A DNA stretch of 64,000 bases from an uncultured delta proteobacterium (GCA_963780775.1 CAWADO010000007.1:6601-70600), one strand, 5' to 3'; shown: positions 36,843 to 46,005, counted from the first letter of the stretch. The notes: a model not told the origin generated them from the sequence alone. Made by a program: numbers and translations.

Positions 36843-37037
36843 TTATTCACTCTGGATGGCTTCATCGATGTCTCCGAAGAAATCATCAAGGGCCCTGTCT
36901 ACCTTGACGTTGACGTCGATGGTGATGTGGATGGGCTTGATCTCGACCGGCTTGACATCAACTTCATGCCGGGTGCAGGCCGACAACAGGAGTGCGGCCG
37001 GCAACAGAAAGAGGAAAAACGTTGATGAGGGTTTCAC
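36843..37037 (-). CDS. ynbE: YnbE-family small lipoprotein
   Basis: 64 aa. Lipobox 'LLLSAC', then 'VEIKPIHITIDVNVKVDRALDDFF', which is typical of YnbE. Its start overlaps the ydbH stop as ATGA. Confidence 0.8.
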   Translation of the reverse strand: MKPSSTFFLFLLPAALLLSACTRHEVDVKPVEIKPIHITIDVNVKVDRALDDFFGDIDEAIQSE

Positions 37038-39610
37038 TGGTTGTTCTCCATGATCGAATTAAACGACTGGCCGACTCTGAACAGCTCCTCCAGCGGCAGG
37101 CGGACGTTCACATCCAGCCGGATCGGATACTGTATGCCGGCACCTTTTTTCGATTCGACGATCGTACCGTTTTTGTTTAGTTTGAATGGCAGTGCGGTTC
37201 GCGGCTTACCGTCGAGTTCAAGAGCCAGCAGCAACTCGTTGCCGCTGGTATTGAAGCTGAGCTTCGTCCAGTTGTAGGAAAAATCTTCCAGCGCCTGCAG
37301 TGCATAACCAATAGAGCCCGCCTCGCTGACGCCGCCGATTCCCTGGCGCAGCAGTTCGGTGTCGGTGAAGCGTACTATACCACCCGTGCCCGGCGTCGAA
37401 AACAGAAAACCGCCGTCGAATTCGATGCTTTCCCGACTTATTCTGAGGGGCAGTCTGCCGTTGAGAGAACCTTCCCCCTCGCTGATTTTAAAACCGAACT
37501 GTTCGAGCAGCCGGCCGAGGTTGATCTGGCTGGCGTAGAAGACGGCATCAAGCTCAGGAATATCTTTTTCCAGCCGCAGACTGCCCGAGTCAAGGGTCCC
37601 GCCGCACCAGCTGAGCGTACTTCTTTCGATAAAGAGCGCCGGAGGATCTTCCAGGCGGAAGATAAACTCCGCATCGTCAAAACTAAGCGAGGCAATAGCG
37701 GCGCGACTGACCGTGCAGCGCTGACTGGGCCCGGATACGAGGCGGGGCAGTTCGGGAAATTCGATGGCGCAGTCGATACCCTCGGCTGTAAAACTATTGT
37801 CATGCAGCTGAACAGCCCCGTCATCAATTGAGGTCCGCATCCAGCCGGACAGGTGGGAGCCTCTCAGCTTCATTTCCCCATGAGCTTCGAGCCGGCCCTC
37901 AAGCTCGATGTCGGGCGTCATGATACCGACAGCCTCAACCGCTGCACCATCGAGCGCCAGCGGAGCAAGTTCCCAGGATAGAGAAGCTGCCGGCTGAAAC
38001 GGCAGTGCCGTTCCGGAAAAGCGTATTCGGCCATCCGGGACGACTGGCGATTTCAGGCTGCCGTCGAAACGATAGCCGACTCCGCTCAGTTCGAGGGCAG
38101 CCGACAGGGAAGCGACGTCAGCGCCGTTAACTGCAACGGCGTCAATCGCGATGGTTCCGCTCTGTCTATTGTCTTCTCCTGATAACGCGCCGACCGCGGC
38201 GACGGGCACATCGAACTGCAGCCCGTTAATGCTGATTTTCTGCTCCGGGAGCATCAGACGGCCCAGCGAGCCATCGACCCGACCGTTCAGCCGAGCCTGG
38301 TTTCGCTCCAGTGACCCGTTCAGCAGCAACGCTCCGGCCTCTGCTGCAACACTGCCGTTCTTGAGATTTATCGAGCCGCTGCGAAGGTTCATCCGGGCTT
38401 GAAGCGTTTCGGCATGCGCTTCAAGCTCAGCGGCGAGGCGCACCCCCGTCAGTTCGATGTCCGTCGGTTTAGCGGTGAATTGCCCGGGGATTCGCAGCGT
38501 TGTTTTCGGCTCAATATCGCTTCTGGCTTCCAGCCGCAAACCCTCCGGGTCTGTCCATGATCCGTCAAAATGTATCACTGCGGGGAGTGGGGAGGAATCT
38601 GCCTGCTCAGCAAATCCAAGCTTTGCCTTCAGCGTCCCCGCGGTGCGCAATCTCCGGGAATCGAAGTGCGCTTCACCGTTCATGGTGATGTCTGCCTGCA
38701 GCGGTGCATCCACCAATATCGAAGAAAATTCATAGCGGTGGTCATTTCGATTACCCGACAGTGAGAAGCGAAGTTCTCCGCTATCACTGCCTGCGGAGAT
38801 CGTAACGCCGTCTCTGACATAAGAAAAGTCGGAGAGCATGCCGCTCATCTGGTAATCAAGCGTCCTGAACGAAAAGTCATCACCGGACATATCGACAGCT
38901 GCGTTGAGGGCGCTGAATTTGATATGCTGCAGCGGTTCGGGGAGAAAGCGCTGCAAAGCAGGGGCCTGCGCATCTCTGATGGAGGACTGAATTCTTATCT
39001 GCTGATCGCCGAGCGCAGCAGATAGTGTCACTCCTGCTACAATATCTTCGGAAAGCGACAACGACGCCTTGATCGAGTCAAGCAGACCGCCGTTTGAAGA
39101 TCTGAACGAAGGGGTAATTTCACCGTCAATACCAATCGTAACGACCGCTTTATCCGCTGCATGCAGCACCATGCGGCACTGTCTCAGTTTAACGAGATCG
39201 ATGCCTGCCGGCAGAGCTATCGCCGGGCTGCTCAACCCCGACCCGGCTGTGCGGCCCTGGATTCCAGGTATCTGGAATTTACCGTCTTTGAAATAGAGAT
39301 GGAAATGTCCCTGCTCGATGGTAAGGGTCTTCGCTTTTGCCTTCAGCAGTGAGGCCGGGGAATAACTGATGGTGATTACCGGGATCGATACAACCATCTG
39401 CTGTTCATGCTCCAGTTCGATGCTGCCTCTGGCTGAAGAGGTGGTTATGGTTGAAACAGCGGCCTGAGAATGTGAGAAGGGCAGTTGTTGAAGAAGCGGC
39501 GGCAGCAGCAGCCTGTTGATAATGTGCGGCAGTGCCAGAAAGAGAACGAGCCCTGACAATAGAAGGATAATAACGGCGATCGCCGGTTTTGACAGAAACG
39601 AACGGCCCAT
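37034..39610 (-). CDS. ydbH: YdbH-like AsmA-family protein (putative intermembrane lipid-transport protein)
   Basis: 858 aa. One N-terminal TM anchor, then a long beta-rich body. The size and the ydbH-ynbE-ydbL gene order are as in E. coli. Confidence 0.8.
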   Translation of the reverse strand: MGRSFLSKPAIAVIILLLSGLVLFLALPHIINRLLLPPLLQQLPFSHSQAAVSTITTSSARGSIELEHEQQMVVSIPVITISYSPASLLKAKAKTLTIEQGHFHLYFKDGKFQIPGIQGRTAGSGLSSPAIALPAGIDLVKLRQCRMVLHAADKAVVTIGIDGEITPSFRSSNGGLLDSIKASLSLSEDIVAGVTLSAALGDQQIRIQSSIRDAQAPALQRFLPEPLQHIKFSALNAAVDMSGDDFSFRTLDYQMSGMLSDFSYVRDGVTISAGSDSGELRFSLSGNRNDHRYEFSSILVDAPLQADITMNGEAHFDSRRLRTAGTLKAKLGFAEQADSSPLPAVIHFDGSWTDPEGLRLEARSDIEPKTTLRIPGQFTAKPTDIELTGVRLAAELEAHAETLQARMNLRSGSINLKNGSVAAEAGALLLNGSLERNQARLNGRVDGSLGRLMLPEQKISINGLQFDVPVAAVGALSGEDNRQSGTIAIDAVAVNGADVASLSAALELSGVGYRFDGSLKSPVVPDGRIRFSGTALPFQPAASLSWELAPLALDGAAVEAVGIMTPDIELEGRLEAHGEMKLRGSHLSGWMRTSIDDGAVQLHDNSFTAEGIDCAIEFPELPRLVSGPSQRCTVSRAAIASLSFDDAEFIFRLEDPPALFIERSTLSWCGGTLDSGSLRLEKDIPELDAVFYASQINLGRLLEQFGFKISEGEGSLNGRLPLRISRESIEFDGGFLFSTPGTGGIVRFTDTELLRQGIGGVSEAGSIGYALQALEDFSYNWTKLSFNTSGNELLLALELDGKPRTALPFKLNKNGTIVESKKGAGIQYPIRLDVNVRLPLEELFRVGQSFNSIMENNQ

Positions 39611-39879
39611 GCGGCAGTTTTCCCTGGTATCCTGTTGCTGAAAAGACGGGTTTCAAACCACCCGCACCGGTAAAACTATATGAAACAAGAGAAAAGATGA
39701 AGTGAATTTTTTCAGATCCTGATCATTCTACAAAGTTAGACGGCAGTGCTTGGAAGATCAGCACTGTCGAGCTTTTGAGTCTGGAAAATTCTGTTGCCTT
39801 CGGGTAGATATGAAAGTATAAACCAACCTCTTTGGTGGTGCCGAAACAGACCAGAAGATCAGAGAAGATGAGATAACCC

Positions 39880-40533
39880 ATGTCCAACGAAATTGATTTC
39901 GACGAGATCTTGGCCAAATACCACGCGGACCCCTACAACTATGTGGACATCACCGCTCCCCACACCGGTGTTATCACATTTCAGGTGGAAAAAAGCGACG
40001 GGGTCGATGCTCCGTCAGGTGAGTGGCAGCATATCCCCGGCACAGCGCTGTTCACCATCACCCGCGAGCGCAACGAAAAAAGCGTGCATGCGCCGACCAG
40101 CGGCATCATCTCCGATCTCAGCAGCGCCTGCGAGGGGCAGTTCGTCGAAGCCGGCGAGAAACTCTTGACCATCCGTCACCCGCTGAAAAAGAAAGAGATC
40201 ATCGAGTCTATTTTAAAAGAAGTCCTCTACCTGTTCCCGGCTCCTGAAAGCGCAAAATTCTTTTTCTCGATGGATGTCCAGTCGCGGTTCGACAAAAAAG
40301 GCAGCCGCGGGGTTGTGATCAGGCCGGGCGATGAAGCCTTTACCATGTCCCTGATGAAACGGGATACGCCGGTACATTACTCCGGCGTCGAAGGCATTAT
40401 CCACTCGATATATTTCAAACCGGGCCTTTCGGTGCAGCAGGGGGAGCCGCTGATCGGGGTCTGCGAGGCGGATAAGCTGCCGCTGATCCAGAAAGTCATC
40501 ACCCGGGTCAAGGCCGAGTGGGACGCGATCTGA
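39880..40533 (+). CDS. protein with two biotinyl/lipoyl-like (barrel-sandwich hybrid) domains; the second carries a non-canonical 'LMKR' hairpin
   Basis: 217 aa. Domain 1 is 'ITAPHTGVITF...VHAPTSGIISDL..GQFVEAGEKLLTI' and has no Lys at the hairpin. Domain 2 is 'AFTMSLMKRDTPVHYSGVEGIIHSIYFKPGLSVQQGEPLIGV' and aligns with BCCP '[37 protein letters not shown]'. Confidence 0.6.
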   Translation: MSNEIDFDEILAKYHADPYNYVDITAPHTGVITFQVEKSDGVDAPSGEWQHIPGTALFTITRERNEKSVHAPTSGIISDLSSACEGQFVEAGEKLLTIRHPLKKKEIIESILKEVLYLFPAPESAKFFFSMDVQSRFDKKGSRGVVIRPGDEAFTMSLMKRDTPVHYSGVEGIIHSIYFKPGLSVQQGEPLIGVCEADKLPLIQKVITRVKAEWDAI

Positions 40534-40554
40534 GCAGTTTTCCCATCTCCTGTC

Positions 40555-41481
40555 ATGTCTTACTCGCTGAGCCCGGATCGTCTCAGAGACTGGATCGATC
40601 AGGTAGAACTGCCTGAGCGGCTGCAGCTCTGGCCGCGTGCACAGGCTGAGACGATTCTGCGCTATGGTTCGTTTGTCGGCTCGGTCATCGATCAGCACGA
40701 GTCACTGGAACGGGCCATGGTCCATGCTCGGAACCATATAAACCGTTTCGAACAGTCCGGGATTTCCGTCGCCAGCGGCACGCTCATTTGCGCCCACACC
40801 CTGAGCGGCTCGAAGGGCCGTTTCAGCAGGTCCTGGCACGCCCCGCCGGGCGGTCTCTGGGGCTGTCTCATCTATATCAGTACGCTGCTGCCCCGCTATC
40901 GTCTGCTTGTCCCCCTCAGCCTCGGTATTGCCTGCTGCGAAGCATTGCGCAGCAGCGGTGCGGCCGCTGCGACTATCCGCTGGGTCAACGATGTCCTGAT
41001 CGATGGGCGCAAGGCCGCCGGCTTTCTTTCGGAAAATTTTTCCGGTGCTCACTCAAAGGAAGAATATTGTCTGCTTGGCTTCGGCATCAACGTCAATAAC
41101 GAGAAATTTCCTCAGGCTCTTGAAGCAATTGCCACATCTCTTAGCCGTCAGATTGGAGAAACAATCGATCTTGAATCCTTCAGTTACCGTTTCCTGGCCA
41201 AACTGAGCTGGAACCTGGGGTTGCTCTACTGGTGGGAGGAGATGGAGCTGCACAGAAATTCTGAAGTTGACGAGCCCGAGCATCCGCTTATCTCGAGCTG
41301 GAAAGGCTTGAGCGATGCGCTCGGCCGGCGGGTCGTTTTCGGATTTGATGTGATGTCGCGACCGCAGTATCGGGCCACGGTTCGTTCCATCAAAAATGAC
41401 GGCGGCCTGATACTCGTGCTCGAGGACGGTACTGAACTTGTCGAATACAGCGGAGAGATTCGCTATCTGGATGAGGAATAA
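40555..41481 (+). CDS. birA: biotin--protein ligase (no recognisable N-terminal BirA-type HTH)
   Basis: 308 aa. 'GSKGRFSRSWHAPPGGLWGCL' corresponds to the BirA GRGRRGRxWxSPxG loop. 'IRWVNDVLIDGRKAAGFL' corresponds to KWPNDL...GKKxxGIL. Confidence 0.85.
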   Translation: MSYSLSPDRLRDWIDQVELPERLQLWPRAQAETILRYGSFVGSVIDQHESLERAMVHARNHINRFEQSGISVASGTLICAHTLSGSKGRFSRSWHAPPGGLWGCLIYISTLLPRYRLLVPLSLGIACCEALRSSGAAAATIRWVNDVLIDGRKAAGFLSENFSGAHSKEEYCLLGFGINVNNEKFPQALEAIATSLSRQIGETIDLESFSYRFLAKLSWNLGLLYWWEEMELHRNSEVDEPEHPLISSWKGLSDALGRRVVFGFDVMSRPQYRATVRSIKNDGGLILVLEDGTELVEYSGEIRYLDEE

Positions 41482-41488
41482 GTCGTTC

Positions 41489-42244
41489 CTAACGGGCAAG
41501 CCATTTCCAGGAGTGGATGTCGCGCTGAAACAGGTGACGACTGTAGCGGTGGGCATAGTCTAGCATCTGCTCGAGGACGATGCCGCTCGGTTTGAACCGG
41601 TTCAAACGGGCGATCGGCTGCTGCTGGACAGTATTGATCATCTGGGTTGTCCCGGCGGCCATCAGCGCGGAACTGCTGCTTCCAGACGAACTGCACTGCC
41701 TGCAGACCATACCGCCGCTGTGCACATCAAAAACAACCGGCTGGTTGGCAGGTGCCGGCCGCATACAGAGCTGACAGGTCGAGAAGTCGGGCCGATAACC
41801 GAGCACGTCGAAGAACTTTACCAGAAACAATGCCAGGGTGCGCTTCTGATTGGCACTCGTATTGAGCGTGTGCAGGGCCCAGAGGGCGAGCTGGAAGAGG
41901 TGGTCGTCGCCGGCGGTTTCACTGGTTGAGAGCAGCAGGTATTCCCTGATAATAGAGGCTGCCTGGTAGCGCTCCAGACTGGTGCGCAGCGAGATGAAAC
42001 TGTTGATCAGTTCCGCCTCGCTGAGAACGGCAAGGCTGCCCGCTGAAGAGCGGGAGTAGGTGATCTGGACGAAGGAAAATATCTCGAGCTTGTTTAAAAA
42101 GCGCTTCTTAGAGCGGTGGGCTCCCCGGGCCAGAGCGCCCATCTTACCGATCTCCTGACAGAAAAACGTTACAATCTTGTCGGATTCAGCGTAATCGCGA
42201 CTGTCGACGACAAGAGCTGGAAGATCGGAACGAATTACCGGCAT
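41489..42244 (-). CDS. recO: DNA repair protein RecO
   Basis: 251 aa. OB-fold N-terminus 'ALVVDSRDYAESDKIVTFFCQEIGKMGALARGAHRSKKRF' and a C-terminal Cys motif 'CQLCMRP...CRQC'. Confidence 0.9.
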   Translation of the reverse strand: MPVIRSDLPALVVDSRDYAESDKIVTFFCQEIGKMGALARGAHRSKKRFLNKLEIFSFVQITYSRSSAGSLAVLSEAELINSFISLRTSLERYQAASIIREYLLLSTSETAGDDHLFQLALWALHTLNTSANQKRTLALFLVKFFDVLGYRPDFSTCQLCMRPAPANQPVVFDVHSGGMVCRQCSSSGSSSSALMAAGTTQMINTVQQQPIARLNRFKPSGIVLEQMLDYAHRYSRHLFQRDIHSWKWLAR

Positions 42245-42259
42245 CAGCTGAAGAATTTC

Positions 42260-42775
42260 TTACTGCTGCGTGTCCCGGGACGGCTGCGTCTGTTCGATGA
42301 TTTCGATCTGAGGCTCCTGGAAACTTCTCATCCATTGGGAAATATGGTTGGCCGGGTTGTATCCGGCATACCAGGAAATAGCGGCGGCAATCAGGATGAC
42401 AGCCAGCAGGGTGATGCCGACGGCGGTTCGTAAAAAATGAGACGGCCGTTCGGCCATGCTGCCGATCTGCTTGCCTTTGACAGTCGGGGCGGTTCCGTCC
42501 GATCTGCGGGTTAAGTCAGCCTTGTTGTAATCGTTGACGAAGCGGCTGACAATTTCTGCCTGATCAAGGTTGAGCAGATTACTGTAGATTGCATAGAAAC
42601 CGCGGGCAAACGCCAGCGCGGGAAGGGAGGCATAGTCGTCGGCCTCCATTGCCCGTATCGTCGCCGGCGGGATTTTCGTTTCTTCTGAAATGTCGCTGAT
42701 GTCGAGCGATCTCTCCAGCCGCAGCTTTCTGAGCAGCGTTCCCAGTGACTCGTGCTCAGGTGTGCTTAATTCCAT
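42260..42775 (-). CDS. RodZ-like helix-turn-helix membrane protein (short form)
   Basis: 171 aa. HTH 'LGTLLRKLRLERSLDISDISEETKIPPATIRAMEADDY..LP..AFARGF', then a TM helix 'AVGITLLAVILIAAAISWY'. Confidence 0.7.
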   Translation of the reverse strand: MELSTPEHESLGTLLRKLRLERSLDISDISEETKIPPATIRAMEADDYASLPALAFARGFYAIYSNLLNLDQAEIVSRFVNDYNKADLTRRSDGTAPTVKGKQIGSMAERPSHFLRTAVGITLLAVILIAAAISWYAGYNPANHISQWMRSFQEPQIEIIEQTQPSRDTQQ

Positions 42776-42832
42776 CTTGGCTCCTCCAGATGATCAGCCG
42801 GCGGACAAATGAAAGATCGGGGTGATCGCTTA

Positions 42833-43888
42833 TTAAAGTGATGTCTTGATGTAGGCATTGTCCCTGATCTCTTTGATCCACTCTTCAAACTCATTCTTCA
42901 GCGCCTCGCTGTACATTCTCTCCCGAATCTCTTCCTTCACATCACCGTATGGCGCCTGCATGACGATGCCGCCTTCCTTGCTCGAGAGCAGCTTGAAAAA
43001 CTGGTAACCGACCGGCGTTTCAATGATCCTGCTGACCTCCCCCGGTTTTAATGAGGTGACAGCGTTTCTCATATAGCCGGCCATCTCGTCCTCTTCGAAG
43101 ACGCCGATGTCACCGCCCTCGGCGGCCGAAGGAAGATCTGAAAACTTGCGGGCCAGGTCTCTGAAATCGTTGCCGCTGAGGGCGAGTTTATGGACCCGTT
43201 CCGCCCGCTGAAGTGCCTCCTGCTGGGCCTGTTCGAGCTCGGCAGGGTCGAGGTCGCGCCCCTCGGTTTCCCCCCAGCCGATGCCGATCTGCAGCAGATA
43301 GTAGCCGCCCTCCGGAATGTGCCTGGTGTAAGTTGTGTCGTAATAATCGAGGATGGCTTCCTCGGTGATGACGATTTTTGAACGCACGTCCCGGTTGAGC
43401 AGCTTGTTCTGGTATATCTGGGTTTTCAGGTTGTCGCGATATTGGGCTTCGTCAATGCCGTTCTGCTCGAGCTGACGCAGAAAATCCTCTGCTGAGAGGT
43501 TGTTCGTTTTCAGTACCTGGTCAAAGGCCTGCTCCAACTCATCTTCGGAAACCATGATGCCCTGTTTCTCGGCCTCCTGTTTGATCAGGGTCTTGTCGAT
43601 CAGGTTGGTCAAGATGTCGGCCCGCACCTGTTCGATCGCTTTGAGGCGGTCCTGGGCCGGCACTTCCAGAGCGATTTGCCTGAAGATCGGTTTGCCGGTA
43701 TCTTCCACCTCAGAGAGGGTAATGACATCGTTGTTGACCTCGGCCACAACCCGGTCGACGACTTCGGACCAGGCCGGTGCCGGGAGCAGAATGAAAACAA
43801 GAAGGAGTCGGCAAAATCTTGAGAAGAGAGCCGTACGCAGTAAGAAGGGTCTGGATGTGATATTCATGGTGGCAAAGCTCGCAGTCAT
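42833..43888 (-). CDS. SurA-like periplasmic chaperone / parvulin-type peptidyl-prolyl isomerase
   Basis: 351 aa. Signal peptide, SurA_N-like 'VVDRVVAEVNNDVITLSEV', and a PpiC domain 'GGDIGVFEEDEMAGYM...PVGYQFFKL'. Confidence 0.85.
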   Translation of the reverse strand: MTASFATMNITSRPFLLRTALFSRFCRLLLVFILLPAPAWSEVVDRVVAEVNNDVITLSEVEDTGKPIFRQIALEVPAQDRLKAIEQVRADILTNLIDKTLIKQEAEKQGIMVSEDELEQAFDQVLKTNNLSAEDFLRQLEQNGIDEAQYRDNLKTQIYQNKLLNRDVRSKIVITEEAILDYYDTTYTRHIPEGGYYLLQIGIGWGETEGRDLDPAELEQAQQEALQRAERVHKLALSGNDFRDLARKFSDLPSAAEGGDIGVFEEDEMAGYMRNAVTSLKPGEVSRIIETPVGYQFFKLLSSKEGGIVMQAPYGDVKEEIRERMYSEALKNEFEEWIKEIRDNAYIKTSL

Positions 43889-44143
43889 CAGTCGCCTGTT
43901 GTGTTAAAGCATTGAGATACGGTGGTTATCCGCCATCGTGGATGGCGTCATCGGTAGAACGCTCTTGTATTCCGCACAATTGAACCAATAGTGTAACAAC
44001 GCCGCAGTATAATACAGCCGGATCAACAATTCTACCACTACATCTTCAGTACCCGGCGGTGACATGCTTGTGGCATGATTTCATAGACAATTGTAATATA
44101 AATAAAGGTGTAATTATCAACCTTGCGGAATATGTGAAATACT

Positions 44144-44641
44144 ATGCATAGATCTTCTTCAATCAGTCTTGTTCTCAGCACCGCTTTGGTGCTCCTCATG
44201 ATCCTCACGGCAGTGCCCGGCCGGACGGCAACCAAAATGCCGGACTTCAAGCTCGAAGATGTGGTCACCGGCGAAAAAATCAGCTCCAGCTCCTTTGACG
44301 GCCAATCCCTGCTGGTCGTCTTCTTTGCGACCTGGTGCCCTCCCTGCATTCAGGAAATCCCCAATCTCATCCAGCTGCACAGTGATTTTAAAAACGACAA
44401 CTTCTCGGTCGTTGCCATCTCGGTCGATCAGGAAAAACGGGTCGTTCAGAAGATGGTCGACAAAAAAGAGATCAACTATCCGGTGATGATGGCCGACAAA
44501 TCCGTGACCCGCGATTTCGGCGGAGTATACGGCATCCCGACTTCCTTTCTGGTGAGCAGTTCGGGAACGGTGGTGAAAAAATATTCCGGCTACGTTCCCC
44601 ACTCGGTTCTCGTTAAAGATCTCGAACAGATTATTAACTGA
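44144..44641 (+). CDS. TlpA/ResA-family periplasmic thiol:disulfide oxidoreductase
   Basis: 165 aa. Signal anchor, 'LLVVFFATWCPPCIQEIP' and 'GIPTSFLV'. Confidence 0.9.
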   Translation: MHRSSSISLVLSTALVLLMILTAVPGRTATKMPDFKLEDVVTGEKISSSSFDGQSLLVVFFATWCPPCIQEIPNLIQLHSDFKNDNFSVVAISVDQEKRVVQKMVDKKEINYPVMMADKSVTRDFGGVYGIPTSFLVSSSGTVVKKYSGYVPHSVLVKDLEQIIN

Positions 44642-44656
44642 ATCCGTCGAACCGTC

Positions 44657-44685
44657 TTGACAATATTCAACGAGTCAGATACGTT
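44657..44685 (+). promoter_or_regulatory. candidate sigma70-type promoter upstream of the 67-aa gene
   Basis: -35 TTGACA (44657..44662), a 17-nt spacer, then -10 TACGTT (44680..44685). This implies a leader of ~145 nt. Confidence 0.3.
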
Positions 44686-44835
44686 AGGGTATGCTTAAAT
44701 AGGAGGCTGGGCTGCGGCCATCAGACGAGATACCATCTCTGCAGATGAACAGGATTTGACCCAGCGTGAGCAAATAATCGTGTGAGCGCCGGAGCGTTCC
44801 GGTATTTTTGATAAATCGTTTATAGGAGATCCATT

Positions 44836-45039
44836 ATGAAGAAGATTTTTGCCGTAGCACTTGTACTGATGTTTGTCGGAGCTGCAAGCACCGGTTTTGC
44901 CGCCAAGCTGAAATGTGAAGTAACCGGTGTTGACGGTGACACGGTTACCATGACCTGTGAAGATGCGGACAAGCTCAAAGAAGGCGATAAGCTGAGAATC
45001 ACTCCGCCTAAGAAAGGAGCTGCCATCGAAGGTTGCTAA
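44836..45039 (+). CDS. small secreted Cys-containing protein (67 aa), unknown family
   Basis: RBS AGGAG lies 7 nt upstream. Signal peptide 'MKKIFAVALVLMFVGAASTGFA/AK'. The mature ~45 aa contain three Cys, including the C-terminal residue ('...AAIEGC*'). A very strong terminator follows. Confidence 0.7.
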   Translation: MKKIFAVALVLMFVGAASTGFAAKLKCEVTGVDGDTVTMTCEDADKLKEGDKLRITPPKKGAAIEGC

Positions 45040-45072
45040 TTGACAGAAAATCCGATTTTCTGTAGTTTGCAG

Positions 45073-45107
45073 GGTCGGCTGACATGAGTCAGCCGACCTT
45101 TTTTTTT
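45073..45107 (+). terminator. rho-independent terminator
   Basis: Perfect 11-bp stem ggtcggctgac / gtcagccgacc (45073..45083 and 45088..45098), loop atga, followed by T9 (45099..45107). Confidence 0.9.
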
Positions 45108-45173
45108 AGCCAACAGGCCGTAATTGATATCAAAGCTTAGCGGTTTCGTTTTAATCTTAACGAAGACAATCTC

Positions 45174-45983
45174 TTGGAAATTATAAAAGCCGTCATTCTC
45201 GGCATGGTCCAGGGCGCTACCGAGTTTTTACCGGTTTCGAGTTCGGGTCACCTGGTGCTGGCTTCTTCCCTGCTGGGGTTCAGCGAGCAGGGAATCGTCT
45301 TCGACGTTCTGCTCCATCTCGGTACGCTGGTGTCGGTTTTGATCGTTTTCAGAAAGGATCTGCTGGCCATGCTTCAGGCACCGTTCCAGTGGCTCAACGG
45401 TGCAGCCGACGAGCAGCAGCGCACCTATCTGCTCTGGGACCTCTATGTGGTTGTCGCGACCGTTCCAGCGGTGTTTATCGGGCTTACGTACAAGGACCAG
45501 ATCGAGAAACTGTTCACTTCGGTAACGCTGGTCTGTTTCATGCTGATCCTGACCGGACTGATGATGATCGCCAGCCGGCGGGTTCCAGAGCGCGGCGTCA
45601 AAGTTAACGGGATCCGAGCTTTTCTGATCGGCTGCGGGCAGGCCTTCGCCATCATTCCCGGAATTTCGCGTTCGGGAACGACGATATTTATCGGTATGCT
45701 GCTCGGCATCAACCGGCAGACAGCGGCTCGTTTTTCCTTCATCATGTCGATCCCGGCAATTCTCGGAGCGGCGGTATTGAACCTGGGTGAGGTGATCGAT
45801 CATCCCCCCGGGAGCGACCAACTGCTGCTCATGGCGCTCGGTACCGTCGCAGCTGCGGTTACCGGCTATCTGGCCATTATTCTGCTGCTTGACGTGATCA
45901 GGAAGAATCGGTTGCCGTGGTTCGGTTATTATTGCCTGACGGTGGCCGCAGTTGGACTGATGATTGTCTTTATGCGCGGTTAA
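45174..45983 (+). CDS. uppP: undecaprenyl-diphosphate phosphatase
   Basis: 269 aa, TTG start. 'GATEFLPVSSSGHLVL' and 'IPGISRSGTTI'. Confidence 0.92.
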   Translation: MEIIKAVILGMVQGATEFLPVSSSGHLVLASSLLGFSEQGIVFDVLLHLGTLVSVLIVFRKDLLAMLQAPFQWLNGAADEQQRTYLLWDLYVVVATVPAVFIGLTYKDQIEKLFTSVTLVCFMLILTGLMMIASRRVPERGVKVNGIRAFLIGCGQAFAIIPGISRSGTTIFIGMLLGINRQTAARFSFIMSIPAILGAAVLNLGEVIDHPPGSDQLLLMALGTVAAAVTGYLAIILLLDVIRKNRLPWFGYYCLTVAAVGLMIVFMRG

Positions 45984-46005
45984 CATGTAAAAAAAACATG
46001 GAGTA

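Noticed and set aside
39611-39879. The 269-bp region upstream of ydbH and the biotinyl-like gene, including the hairpin cagtgct-N9-agcactg (~39750..39772) and the 64-aa ORF 39723..39917 (-).
   Set aside because: The hairpin has no T-run and no upstream gene to terminate. The ORF overlaps the start of the plus-strand gene and lacks an RBS. I regard the region as a divergent promoter region only.
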